The notes under the pieces: generated by a model
Databases searched by the model: none
What the model was told of the DNA's origin: nothing
The model's input: the letters and a program-made list of their open reading frames with translations, nothing else
Translations under genes and position numbers: made by a program
Shown: piece after piece, positions 30,556 to 40,281 of the stretch
Position numbering within the stretch: the stretch's first letter is position 1
How the letters are laid out: each line of letters opens with the position of its first letter
From: a virus
Taxonomy: Duplodnaviria; Heunggongvirae; Uroviricota; Caudoviricetes
Virus record (IMG/VR): IMGVR_UViG_2529292906_000009
Coordinates: 3,303-67,302 of that record
Length of the DNA stretch: 64,000 nt
Direction: 5' to 3' (one strand)

Positions 30556-32810
30556 ATACCTAAAACGTCATGAGCTACACCTCGAGTGTCCCCCTTACAA
30601 GACACAGAACGTCTGGCAAAAAGAGGTTCCACTCTGAAGCCACTGTCATGATAAAGCTCTCTGATATTTGGCGCGCCACTGTTAGTAATGAGAACCTTTG
30701 CACCTCGACGATGAGCATCCGTCAACAGAGACACCAGGCGTTTTTGCTCTTCAAACTTAAAGTCATGACCGGAATAGTTCGTGAATCCCTCTGTATTTGG
30801 AAGCGGTTCATACGGCGGATCGCAAAAGATGACATCTCCTTCTCCGGCAGCTTCAATCACCGCTGCAAAATCACCGCATACAAACTCAGACCGCCCTTCC
30901 GCACCGAGGAAGGCTTCCATCTCCTGTAATGGGAAATACGGAGTTTTATACTTCCCATAACCGACATTGAACTCACCGGCCTGGTTGTAACGCGTCAATC
31001 CGTTAAAACAATGTCGGTTCAGGAACAAAAACGCCGCTGCGCGATGTAAATCATCATAGACTTGTTTGTTAAACGCATTCCGTACTGCCAGGTATCCTTC
31101 CTGTGTGTTGTAGTCCTGGAAGAAACGATGTGCCAGAGTGATAAGTGAATGCGCCTCGCGTTGCAGAGTCTTGTAAAAGTTAATCAGGTCAGCATTCACA
31201 TCATTTAGCAGATTTTCCTGGTATCCGGCATTCATGAAGACAGCTCCGCCACCAACGAAAGGTTCAATCAGGCGCTTCCCTTCTGGCAAATAGCGAAAGA
31301 TTTGTTCCAGAACACCAAATTTTCCACCAGCCCATTTGAATATGGACCGTTCGAATTCTGCCGCTGGTTTAACTTTTCGCTCTTTTGTTTTACTTCCTTC
31401 TTTCTGCCGACATACGGCCTTAGTAATCCGATCGCCAATCCAGCGCATTACTGGTATTGCCATACTATTGCCGATCGCTTTGTAACGCGGTCCGTCAGCT
31501 GCAAGCATCGCGGCCTCTTCTTCGCTTAAATCTGGATAGTGATTGCGAAGATATGCCAGTTCATCTGAATTAACTTTTTTACGCTTTTCCGTCGGGATCA
31601 ACGTATGCCCATCAGGAAAACCTTGCAGCCTTTCACATTCGACAGGGGTAAGACGGCGGACAGCTACTTCTGCGTTTCTTACTTCATAGCAAACAGCTGT
31701 TGGATTTTTAGCCATTAGAGATGGTGAAGTATTCTTAGTTGCAGCATGTTGTGTACCGCTCATACGCTCAGGAAAAGCCAATGTAACAAGATGCTCATGG
31801 CTTTCTTGCTCACGTGCCCGCAATGTACCATGCCCTTCTGACCAAAAACCTGCTCCTGTGCTGCTAAAAACGGCAAGGTCAGTGGCATCTTTAAAATCTC
31901 TTGCCTTTACTGTCGATGCGGTTTCATCGTCAATATATTCCCCAAATGCTGCCATCCTGAAAGCGTTTACGGCTTTCGTCGATTTCATACCGGGTGGAAT
32001 GTCAGCGTGTAGGCATGGATTTAGGCTTTCGCCACTGATTGCAGCGCCATTTGCAATAATGGCGGAAGCGATTTCCTTCTTTTTTCGGCTCGGCGCAATA
32101 TCCCGGCGCACGCCTTCGAACTCAAAAAGTACCGTTGCGGGATCGAGGTCTGTTCGAGCACTTGCGACAACAAACACGCGTCGGCGTCGTTGTGCCACTC
32201 CGAAGTATTGGGCATCAAGGATTCTCCAGGCCACCTTTCGCTGCGGTCCATAAATACAACCACACTGCGGCCACTTTGGAGCATGGCAACCGGTTTTGCC
32301 ATCCCACCGCCAGAACGCGTTACTTTTTCCTGATTCAGGTCGATCACCTGGTTCAAATGGCGCATCTTCTCCAGCCAATCCGGCAAGGAAACATCCGAAG
32401 GCGTTATCTGCCGATGACAGGACTCCTGGGACATTTTCCCAGACGATAACTGTCGGTTTGAGGAAGGACTCAGACCGTTTGTCGTCAATTGCATTTGCAA
32501 GCTCCACATACTTCAAAGTTAGCGCGCCGCGTTCATCATCAAGCCCACCACGTAAGCCCGCGATACTGAATGCCTGACAAGGTGTTCCCCCGACGAGCAC
32601 ATCAGGGGATTCGATTTCCCCAGCCAGGACTTTTTTGGCAAGTTTTGTCATGTCGCCAAGGTTGGCGACATGGGGCCAGCGGTGCGCAAGAACGGCAGAT
32701 GGAAAAGGCTCGATTTCAGCAAACCACGCCGGACGCATACCCAACGGTTCCCAGGCAATACTCGCGGCTTCAATTCCACTGCAAACAGATCCATAGCACA
32801 GCTCTTTCAC
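30546..32810 (-). CDS. dmt: Bifunctional DNA methyltransferase Dmt: N-terminal C5-cytosine MTase, C-terminal Dam-like N6-adenine MTase
   Basis: 754 aa; GGTPCQAFS and ENV motifs in N-half, DPPY motif in C-half; P1 Dmt has this size and architecture. Confidence 0.9.
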
Positions 32811-33712
32811 TGCTTAGCCTCTCCACCAAGGGCATTTACCAGAGCATCAACCAGGCACGAAATTTCACTGGTTAACAGGAAGAAATCTGCGTCCAGTCGC
32901 TGCGCAACATCTTCACTATCAATATCAGAGTTCTGCTCAAGCAATTCATCCGCAAATTTGACGCTGGTAAGGCTGAAGTTATGGTCCAGTGTAAATTTAA
33001 TGCGGTTCTGCCAGTCGAGTGCCAACTTAGTGACGAGCTTGCCAGCTTCCAGGTGTGTGGAAATTTCATCGCTTCCCAAATCCTGCTTTTTCACTCGGGC
33101 AATACCGCCATCCTCAAGCACTGCCTTAAGTTCTGCCGCATCCCCCATTTGAAATCCCTGTGGAGCACTACCATCACGTACCCAGTCGGTCAGCGTTAAT
33201 TCAATGGGATTTTCAACACTCAGGGGAACAACAGGAAGAGAACCAAGAGACTTACGCATAAGCGCGAGCATATCCTCTGCCTGCCGCGCGCTGGCATTGA
33301 TATAGATACGTTTAGTTGAACCGTCGTAGATCGCCTGGATAACAGAAAACTTTGAAAAAGCCCGTGGCAGAAGAGAATGCAGAACTTCGTCTTTCAGGGA
33401 GTCCTTCTCTGTTTTCTTCAGTTTACGCGCTTGTTCTTGCTCAAGTTTTTCAATTTTTTCTTGAATAGCTCGCTGGATAACCGGCGGGGGAAGAATTTTT
33501 GTTTCGCGCTTTGCTTCAACAAGGATAAAACCATTTCCATGCATAGCGATAACTTCGGAATTATCACCAAATGGCGATACAAAACCGAACTTAGCCATAT
33601 CCTGACTACCGCATGGCGTGAAAAGGATCATTTTCTTTTTATCTTCTAAGTCGGTCAGATCCGCCTCACGAGAAAGTTTATAAATAGTAATGTTTTTCCA
33701 GTGCTTAAACAT
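32807..33712 (-). CDS. hrdC: RdgC-like recombination-associated protein
   Basis: [14 protein letters not shown]-terminus resembles RdgC; track ORF extended upstream to 33826. Confidence 0.75.
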   Translation of the reverse strand: MFKHWKNITIYKLSREADLTDLEDKKKMILFTPCGSQDMAKFGFVSPFGDNSEVIAMHGNGFILVEAKRETKILPPPVIQRAIQEKIEKLEQEQARKLKKTEKDSLKDEVLHSLLPRAFSKFSVIQAIYDGSTKRIYINASARQAEDMLALMRKSLGSLPVVPLSVENPIELTLTDWVRDGSAPQGFQMGDAAELKAVLEDGGIARVKKQDLGSDEISTHLEAGKLVTKLALDWQNRIKFTLDHNFSLTSVKFADELLEQNSDIDSEDVAQRLDADFFLLTSEISCLVDALVNALGGEAKQ

Positions 33713-33989
33713 GTTGTAACCCTTGAATATCAACCACAGAAAGCTCGTCTTTGTAGAAAAAGGCCAGGTTGTGGCACCCCCTCGTTTGAGCGTATGAGCT
33801 GGGACCAATTTCGTTCTTCCAGACAAATGGCTTCAAATCCGTACGGCGAAGCATAAAAACGCGATTTGTTCCGCTCTGATTCCCAATGAGGCAAAAGCCT
33901 TCTTTCACCTTGATAGCCTGCAAGTTGTCGAGTTCACCGCTGGTTACACGGCTATCGAACTCTTTGCGGCTTATTAGCTCCATCTGCAT
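33705..33989 (-). CDS. Hypothetical protein, about 94 aa (start uncertain)
   Basis: Track ORF 33705-34061 begins at a TTG inside the operator; internal ATG at 33989 has GGAG upstream. Confidence 0.4.
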   Translation of the reverse strand: MQMELISRKEFDSRVTSGELDNLQAIKVKEGFCLIGNQSGTNRVFMLRRTDLKPFVWKNEIGPSSYAQTRGCHNLAFFYKDELSVVDIQGLQHV

Positions 33990-34060
33990 CTGACGACTCC
34001 AAACAAATGCCCATTGAAGGGCGATGGCTGAATGGTACCGAAAATACGACATAAAAAACA

Positions 34061-34077
34061 ATATTTATTAGAGCAAT
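34061..34077 (-). promoter_or_regulatory. C1-operator-like 17-mer (16/17)
   Basis: atatttattagagcaat in the divergent region between the hrdC/dmt operon and the rightward PAAR-like operon. Confidence 0.5.
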
Positions 34078-34158
34078 TTTACAATAGTTGAACTCCATGT
34101 AGACCACAAACAACCTGAGTTAAAATAACGAAAATCAGAGCAAATAATTGGTGATGAC

Positions 34159-34443
34159 GTGGCAAGTATTGCAACAAAAGACAGCATTTGTTCGGGGCAC
34201 GGAGGATTCCCATCCAGGCCTCCCGTAGAGAGCGAACCACTACTTAAAGTCAACGGAGTCGAAGTGTTAGTTGATGGTAAGCAATATGCACAGCATACCG
34301 ATGGGAACAGCACGCACGGCGGGCAAGCTATATCAACCAGGGCATGGTTTACCGTCAACGGGAAAGGGATCGTATGCGTTGGTGATCCTGTTTCATGCGG
34401 CTCTACCGTAGCGTCCGGAGACGGCCTGGTTCAGGTAAGTTAG
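34159..34443 (+). CDS. PAAR-like domain protein, 94 aa (GTG start)
   Basis: KVNGVEVLVDGKQYAQHTDG... and FTVNGKGIVCVGDPVSCGSTVASG resemble PAAR repeats. Confidence 0.5.
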   Translation: MASIATKDSICSGHGGFPSRPPVESEPLLKVNGVEVLVDGKQYAQHTDGNSTHGGQAISTRAWFTVNGKGIVCVGDPVSCGSTVASGDGLVQVS

Positions 34444-34451
34444 GAGATATC

Positions 34452-35240
34452 ATGCTGGAAAAAGACTACCAGTTATCCGCATATAAAAAATTGGCCGCCG
34501 CCGGTGGGATGAAAACACCTGGTGCCATAACATCGGCACGAAACAGTGCTAACACAGCAAAACTGCTTGCAGAAGAATTGACCGGATTAATTCTGGATAC
34601 AATTGTCTATCCCGACACTATTACCAGCTATGTTTCAACGATCAGAACAACCGCAACCGGTTTAACGAATATTGGAGGGCTGGCAACTCAGCACGCGGAC
34701 CTGTTGGCTGGTTATGCTGATCTGTCAATGCTCCTTCAACTCGATATTGGTTGGGATGTTTACTGTCGTGCTAATGAGCGAGAAGTTTCAGAACTGCCGA
34801 TCTCTATTGCCATTGGTGATGTGACTATTACTAAATCGCTTGAGGACGCTGTAAACGCGCTTAATACATCAAGTTTAGTCGCTGCTATGGGGGAGATTAA
34901 CCAGACCCTTAACACTGGCTCAGGAAGCTCGTCAGGCTCTGGTTCAGGCGGCGGCACTGCCACTCCCCCACCAGCACTAACAGAAGAGCAAATTGAATCT
35001 CTGAAAGTAGCAACTGAACAGTTTGGGATTGTTTTCAACCAGACAACAGCACCCACAACTGCGTTACAACAGCAGTATGAACGAGCGAATGAAAGCGCCA
35101 ACGTAGCCATAACTGCTTATAACCATGCTATCGGTATCGCGCTTGCGGAAGCATCAGCAAATAAGGCCAGCACAGCCAGCGCAGTTGCCGCTTTGGTTCC
35201 TGATTCTGTTCTTGATGAATTAAACAAAGCGGCACAGTAA
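34452..35240 (+). CDS. Hypothetical protein with Gly/Ser-rich linker, 262 aa
   Basis: ATG at 34452 with AGGAGA RBS; GSGSSSGSGSGGG linker. Confidence 0.5.
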   Translation: MLEKDYQLSAYKKLAAAGGMKTPGAITSARNSANTAKLLAEELTGLILDTIVYPDTITSYVSTIRTTATGLTNIGGLATQHADLLAGYADLSMLLQLDIGWDVYCRANEREVSELPISIAIGDVTITKSLEDAVNALNTSSLVAAMGEINQTLNTGSGSSSGSGSGGGTATPPPALTEEQIESLKVATEQFGIVFNQTTAPTTALQQQYERANESANVAITAYNHAIGIALAEASANKASTASAVAALVPDSVLDELNKAAQ

Positions 35241-35279
35241 CAAAGGACTTCATTGATAATTTTTCTTCAGGAGGAAGAC

Positions 35280-35702
35280 ATGTCATTCTTTTCTACGTTA
35301 AAAACAGCTTTGTCTTTGAAGGAGAAACTTGCTGCTACTGGTGTTCTTGTTCTGATTTGCGCACTTGTTGGTGCTGGGTTTGCATGGGAACGTCATCAGC
35401 TAAAGCAAGCCATAGAGAAAATTGGCAGTCTTGATCAGGCTGTTAAGGAACGTGATAAGTCAATAATGGATCTTAACCAGACCATTGAGACGATGAACAA
35501 AGCAGAGCAACATTTTCACAGCCAGGAAGTGAAAAATGAATCAGAACAAGCCAAGTATGCTGACAGGCAAATGGAACGAAAAGCTGAAGTTCAGAAACAA
35601 CTGGTTGCGGCGGGTAATGTTCGCCAGCGTATTCCTGCTGACACTCAGCGGTTGCTCCGGGAGTCGATCAGCGAATTTAACGCCGACGCCGACAAAGGTT
35701 AA
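35280..35702 (+). CDS. Putative i-spanin (Rz-like): N-terminal TM helix plus coiled coil
   Basis: AGGAGG RBS before ATG 35280; TM segment GVLVLICALVGAGFAW; o-spanin-like lipoprotein ORF in +1 frame at its 3' end. Confidence 0.5.
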   Translation: MSFFSTLKTALSLKEKLAATGVLVLICALVGAGFAWERHQLKQAIEKIGSLDQAVKERDKSIMDLNQTIETMNKAEQHFHSQEVKNESEQAKYADRQMERKAEVQKQLVAAGNVRQRIPADTQRLLRESISEFNADADKG

Positions 35703-35868
35703 CCACCCTGCCCCCAAAAGTGCATTTATGTGCAGGATGCCAGAGTTTAGCAGTGAATATTTTGATGATCTGCCAGCTTATATCCTCGATACAGAAACGA
35801 TGCTGATGGGGATTAACAGGAAGAATCGCAACGTTAATGATTACAACCGAGCTATTAGCGGTAACTAA
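35617..35868 (+). CDS. Putative o-spanin (Rz1-like outer-membrane lipoprotein), overlapping the i-spanin gene
   Basis: MFASVFLLTLSGC lipobox followed by Pro-rich LTPTPTKVNHPAP. Confidence 0.45.
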   Translation: MFASVFLLTLSGCSGSRSANLTPTPTKVNHPAPKSAFMCRMPEFSSEYFDDLPAYILDTETMLMGINRKNRNVNDYNRAISGN

Positions 35869-35879
35869 AAGGGATTTTT

Positions 35880-36272
35880 ATGTCTGATAAAGTAACAGTA
35901 AAGCAAACTATCAACAAAGCGACTTCAATCTACAAAATTGAGCAAATCACTGTTGGCAAGCCAGGATCTGAACAATACCGTCGTGCTTTCGAGCTTGCCG
36001 ATCAGCTTGGTTTAAAACACCCGGATTGCATTGAGCATGTATTTCCGACCTATGCTGATGAGCAATGTACTCATGTTCTTACCGAAGAGGATTTTTTCAG
36101 CACTGAAGAACGAGAAGGCGTTGATCGCTGCATTGGTGTGATTTGTTCTTCGGTAAGTGATGAGTTATTCCCTAATGTGCCTGAATATGGTGGTATTGGA
36201 TACCAATTCCTGTACGAGGGCGATGAGCTTAAATGCTATGAACATGGTCTTCTCATCGAAAGCGTAGAATAA
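35880..36272 (+). CDS. Hypothetical protein, 130 aa
   Basis: ORF in track; followed by a terminator. Confidence 0.5.
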   Translation: MSDKVTVKQTINKATSIYKIEQITVGKPGSEQYRRAFELADQLGLKHPDCIEHVFPTYADEQCTHVLTEEDFFSTEEREGVDRCIGVICSSVSDELFPNVPEYGGIGYQFLYEGDELKCYEHGLLIESVE

Positions 36273-36286
36273 TACGACTCCCTTCC

Positions 36287-36310
36287 AACCGGCTACGTTG
36301 GCCGGTTTTT
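36287..36310 (+). terminator. Rho-independent terminator before oriR
   Basis: AACCGGC-TACGTTG-GCCGGTT hairpin followed by TTTTT. Confidence 0.6.
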
Positions 36311-36590
36311 CACTTATCCACATTATCCACTGGATAGATCCAATAATCAGGTCCATACAGATCCCAATTAGATCCATATAGATCCCTGATCGTTGCAGGC
36401 CGCGCCACGTCTGGCTTAGAAGTGTATCGCGATGTGTGCTGGAGGGAAAACGATGTGTGCTGGAGGGATAAAAATGTGTGCTGACGGGTTGCTAATGTGT
36501 GCTGGCGGGATATAGGATGTGTGCTGACGGGAAAGCCTGGGTAGTTATCACCACTTATAAAAACTATCCACACATTTCGGAAAAAGTAAT
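36305..36590. other. Plasmid replication origin oriR: tandem DnaA boxes, five GATC sites in AGATCC heptamers, incC iterons
   Basis: TTATCCACA/TTATCCACT at 36314-36331; GATC cluster 36335-36395; iterons 36431-36535; DnaA box at 36565-36573. Confidence 0.8.
36431..36535. repeat. incC: five direct iterons (GATGTGTGCTGGAGGGAAA type)
   Basis: Five roughly 19-bp repeats at about 21-bp spacing directly upstream of repA. Confidence 0.85.
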
Positions 36591-37451
36591 ATGAATCAAT
36601 CATTTATCTCCGATATTCTTTACGCAGACATTGAAAGTAAGGCAAAAGAACTAACAGTTAATTCAAACAACACTGTGCAGCCTGTAGCGTTGATGCGCTT
36701 GGGGGTATTCGTGCCGAAGCCATCAAAGAGCAAAGGAGAAAGTAAAGAGATTGATGCCACCAAAGCGTTTTCCCAGCTGGAGATAGCTAAAGCCGAGGGT
36801 TACGATGATATTAAAATCACCGGTCCTCGACTCGATATGGATACTGATTTCAAAACGTGGATCGGTGTCATCTACGCGTTCAGCAAATACGGCTTGTCCT
36901 CAAACACCATCCAGTTATCGTTTCAGGAATTCGCTAAAGCCTGTGGTTTCCCCTCAAAACGTCTGGATGCGAAACTGCGTTTAACCATTCATGAATCACT
37001 TGGACGCTTGCGTAACAAGGGTATCGCTTTTAAGCGCGGAAAAGATGCTAAAGGCGGCTATCAGACTGGTCTGCTGAAGGTCGGGCGTTTTGATGCTGAC
37101 CTTGATCTGATAGAGCTGGAGGCTGATTCGAAGTTGTGGGAGCTGTTCCAGCTTGATTATCGCGTTCTGTTGCAACACCACGCCTTGCGTGCCCTTCCGA
37201 AGAAAGAAGCTGCACAAGCCATTTACACTTTCATCGAAAGCCTTCCGCAGAACCCGTTGCCGCTATCGTTCGCGCGAATCCGTGAGCGCCTGGCTTTGCA
37301 GTCAGCTGTTGGCGAGCAAAACCGTATCATTAAGAAAGCGATAGAACAGCTTAAAACAATCGGCTATCTCGACTGTTCTATTGAGAAGAAAGGCCGGGAA
37401 AGTTTTGTAATCGTCCATTCTCGCAATCCAAAGCTGAAACTCCCCGAATAA
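36591..37451 (+). CDS. repA: Plasmid replication initiator RepA
   Basis: 286 aa; recalled match to P1 RepA; flanked by incC and incA iterons. Confidence 0.9.
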   Translation: MNQSFISDILYADIESKAKELTVNSNNTVQPVALMRLGVFVPKPSKSKGESKEIDATKAFSQLEIAKAEGYDDIKITGPRLDMDTDFKTWIGVIYAFSKYGLSSNTIQLSFQEFAKACGFPSKRLDAKLRLTIHESLGRLRNKGIAFKRGKDAKGGYQTGLLKVGRFDADLDLIELEADSKLWELFQLDYRVLLQHHALRALPKKEAAQAIYTFIESLPQNPLPLSFARIRERLALQSAVGEQNRIIKKAIEQLKTIGYLDCSIEKKGRESFVIVHSRNPKLKLPE

Positions 37452-37740
37452 GTGTGTGCTGGAGGGCAGCTGCATTTGAAAAATGTGCGCTGCCGGGAAT
37501 GCCTGCCCATTTTCCTGTTTTTGGTGTGCGCTGGAGGGTTGCGCCACGCAGTTTGCCCAGACATTCCCTCCAGCACACATCTAACCATCCAAGTTTCCCT
37601 CCAGCGCACATCTAATCTTCTATCTTTCCCTTCAGCGCACATATTTGATACCAGCGATCCCTCCACAACACATAATTCAATGCGACTTCCCTCTATCGCA
37701 CATTCTGGTCCTGCATCATCCCTCCAGCACACATCTAATA
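37452..37740. repeat. incA: nine iterons (three forward, six reverse) downstream of repA
   Basis: GTGTGCTGGAGGG-type repeats and their reverse complements CCCTCCAGCACACA counted directly. Confidence 0.8.
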
Positions 37741-37844
37741 GCCTCATCGCTATTTCTTTACGTGCAATAATTTACGCACGAATCAAAATAAGTTGCACGT
37801 AGCAGAATCAAACGTACAATTCACTCATACGAAATGATAAGGAG

Positions 37845-39056
37845 ATGATGATGAAACGCGATTACGGCGGTGTCGGCACCATAGCTCTTCGTGCAAGCGC
37901 ATTACTTAAGGCCATGAGTCAGGATATTGAAGATCAGCGCAAAGAGTTCAATCAGACCGAGTATTATCAGACGTTCACTCGTAACGCTGTGGCAAAGTTG
38001 CCGAAGCTGAGCCGCCGCATTGTGGAGCAGGCCATCAAAGAGATGGAAGATGATGGGTACCAGTTCAACAAGAAACAGGTCGGTAACGTTGAACAGTACG
38101 CGCTGACCATCCAGAACGTCATTGATATCTATGCCCACCGTAAGATCCCAAAATATCGCGACATTCACAAATCGCCTTACGTTATTTTTGTCGTAAACCT
38201 GAAGGGTGGCGTATCCAAAACGGTTTCCACAGTCACGTTGGCGCACGCTCTGCGTGTGCATCAGGATTTACTGCGTCACGATCTGCGCATTCTGGTAATT
38301 GACCTTGACCCTCAGGCATCCAGCACAATGTTCCTCGACCATACTCACAGTATTGGTTCCATCCTGGAAACCGCCGCGCAGGCGATGCTGAACGACCTGG
38401 ACGCGGAGACGCTACGCAAAGAGGTGATTCGTCCGACCATCGTTCCTGGCGTAGACGTGATTCCAGCCTCTATCGACGATGGCTTTGTTGCCAGCCAATG
38501 GAAAGAGCTGGTTGAAGAGCATCTTCCCGGACAAAATCAGTACGAAATCCTTCGACGCAATATCATTGATCGTGTTGCGGATGATTATGACTTTATCTTT
38601 ATTGATACCGGTCCACACCTGGATCCGTTCCTGCTCAACGGTCTGGCGGCCAGCGATTTGCTGCTTACCCCTACCCCACCAGCCCAGGTTGACTTCCACT
38701 CAACACTGAAATATCTCACCCGTCTGCCAGAAATGCTGGAGCAACTGGAGGAGGAAGGCGTAGAACCGCGTTTAAGCGCCAGCATTGGTTTTATGTCGAA
38801 GATGACCGGCAAGCGCGATCACGAGACATCACACAGCCTTGCGCGTGAGGTTTACGCCAGCAACATTCTGGACTCTTCTCTACCTCGTCTGGATGGATTT
38901 GAGCGATGCGGCGAGTCTTTCGACACCGTAATCAGTGCCAACCCGCAATCGTATCCAGGCAGTGCAGAGGCGCTGAAGAAGGCTCGAACCGAGGCCGAGC
39001 GTTTCACTAAGGCTGTGTTTGATCGAATTGAGTTTGTTAGGGGTGAGGCGGCATGA
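37845..39056 (+). CDS. parA: Partition ATPase ParA (type Ia)
   Basis: 403 aa; NLKGGVSKT deviant Walker A; N-terminal HTH extension; parB follows. Confidence 0.9.
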   Translation: MMMKRDYGGVGTIALRASALLKAMSQDIEDQRKEFNQTEYYQTFTRNAVAKLPKLSRRIVEQAIKEMEDDGYQFNKKQVGNVEQYALTIQNVIDIYAHRKIPKYRDIHKSPYVIFVVNLKGGVSKTVSTVTLAHALRVHQDLLRHDLRILVIDLDPQASSTMFLDHTHSIGSILETAAQAMLNDLDAETLRKEVIRPTIVPGVDVIPASIDDGFVASQWKELVEEHLPGQNQYEILRRNIIDRVADDYDFIFIDTGPHLDPFLLNGLAASDLLLTPTPPAQVDFHSTLKYLTRLPEMLEQLEEEGVEPRLSASIGFMSKMTGKRDHETSHSLAREVYASNILDSSLPRLDGFERCGESFDTVISANPQSYPGSAEALKKARTEAERFTKAVFDRIEFVRGEAA

Positions 39057-40018
39057 AAAAAATAGTTTCCCGTGGACGAGTGCTGGGCAAGAATAGCTCC
39101 GAGTTTGCTCGCATGCTTGAAGGCAGTGAAGGCACCAAAACCTTTACCCTAAAATCTGGCCGCCAGGCTAAATTTTTGCTTACCGTTGTGCTGAGTGGTG
39201 AGATTGAGTCGCGCACGTTCGTTGACCCGGCAGTTAACGGCCGCGATCAGTCTCTGCTCACCCCTGAGTCGGTAAGCGATATTTCCCGCACCATTAAATT
39301 GCAACAGTTCTTCCCGGCTATCGGTCGTATGGTTGGGGAGCGCATTGAGGTATTGGACGGATCACGTCGCCGCGCTGCGTGTATCTTCAATGAAACGAAA
39401 TTTGAGATTCTGGTGACGAAAGATGAGATCAGCCTGGCGGATGCACGCCAGCTGGCCATTGATATCCAGACAGCCCGCGAACACACCCTGCGCGAACTGG
39501 GTAAACGCTTCGAGGTTATGTATGGTAAGAGCATGACCAAAGAAGAGATCGCCCGCGCTGAGAACATTTCAAAGGCTAAAGTTACGCGCGCGTTCCAGGC
39601 GGCAGCGGTGCCGGATGAGATGATTGCTGTCTTCCCTGTTGCCAGCGATCTCGCCCTGCCAGATTACCAGTTACTGCTCCAGATCTCCGAGGATGCCAAC
39701 GCTAAAAGCGTGCCTATTGAAGAGCTGGTTGATACGGTGCGCGAACGAATTGCAGAGACTGAGGGCGCGAAAGAGGATAAAGCGAAGATACTGGCTATCT
39801 TCAAAGCGGAAAGCAAAAGCCTGAAGCCCGCGCCGGTTAAATCTGTGGTGGTTGAGAAGCTGCGAGACTTCTCTGACCGTCGCCAATATGCTCGAAAGAA
39901 GTCCGATCCGAAAAAACGGGTTGTCGCCTACGAGTTCTCCAGACTCCCGTCTGAAGTGCAAACTGAAATTGACGAAGCAATAAAAAAAATCATTGGGAAA
40001 ATGTCTGCTGGGGAATAA
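39053..40018 (+). CDS. parB: Partition protein ParB
   Basis: 321 aa; ILDGSRRR ParB box; start overlaps parA stop. Confidence 0.85.
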   Translation: MKKIVSRGRVLGKNSSEFARMLEGSEGTKTFTLKSGRQAKFLLTVVLSGEIESRTFVDPAVNGRDQSLLTPESVSDISRTIKLQQFFPAIGRMVGERIEVLDGSRRRAACIFNETKFEILVTKDEISLADARQLAIDIQTAREHTLRELGKRFEVMYGKSMTKEEIARAENISKAKVTRAFQAAAVPDEMIAVFPVASDLALPDYQLLLQISEDANAKSVPIEELVDTVRERIAETEGAKEDKAKILAIFKAESKSLKPAPVKSVVVEKLRDFSDRRQYARKKSDPKKRVVAYEFSRLPSEVQTEIDEAIKKIIGKMSAGE

Positions 40019-40069
40019 TCCCGCTGGTGGGAGGTGGTGTTAGCCCCTCCCCTTCCTAAAATGTCCCGC

Positions 40070-40150
40070 ACCAATTTCATTGCTAACATTATGATTTGCA
40101 TGTGTTTTTTAGGAGAATTTCAGACTGAAATTCCCACGATTTAACGCCTG
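40070..40150. other. parS-like centromere region (ATTTCA-type heptamers and TTCCCA hexamer)
   Basis: ...AATTTCATTGCTAACATTATGATTTGC... and ...TGAAATTCCCACGATTTAAC... downstream of parB; boxes assigned by eye. Confidence 0.45.
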
Positions 40151-40213
40151 CATTCACCGTCCACTTCCCCGCACAAAAAATTTAAAAATTACTTTTCGCG
40201 AGAAAGTCAACAA

Positions 40214-40230
40214 GTGACTTTCAATAAAAT
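40214..40230 (+). promoter_or_regulatory. Candidate late promoter GTGACTT-N4-TAAAAT
   Basis: 52 nt upstream of the large late ORF; preceded by AGTCA-N5-TGACT inverted repeat. Confidence 0.4.
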
Positions 40231-40281
40231 CTCTTCCGAAAAGGGATTCACACAAGTGCCTTGTGTTTAAGGAAGAGTAAC

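Noticed and set aside
35536-35616. N-terminal 27 codons of the 110-aa track ORF
   Set aside because: Only the part beginning at the Met before the lipobox (35617) looks like a real lipoprotein signal; the upstream extension is the overlap with the i-spanin frame.
36310-36603. 97-aa minus-strand ORF from the track
   Set aside because: Lies entirely within oriR (DnaA boxes, GATC heptamers, iterons); reading-frame artefact of the repeats.
36431-37740. Tandem direct repeats flanking repA considered as a possible CRISPR array
   Set aside because: Repeats are about 19 bp with no unique spacers, occur in both orientations and bracket a replication initiator gene; they are incC/incA iterons.
37302-37802. 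Several overlapping ORFs on both strands across incA
   Set aside because: Generated by the iteron repeats; mutually overlapping and without RBS.
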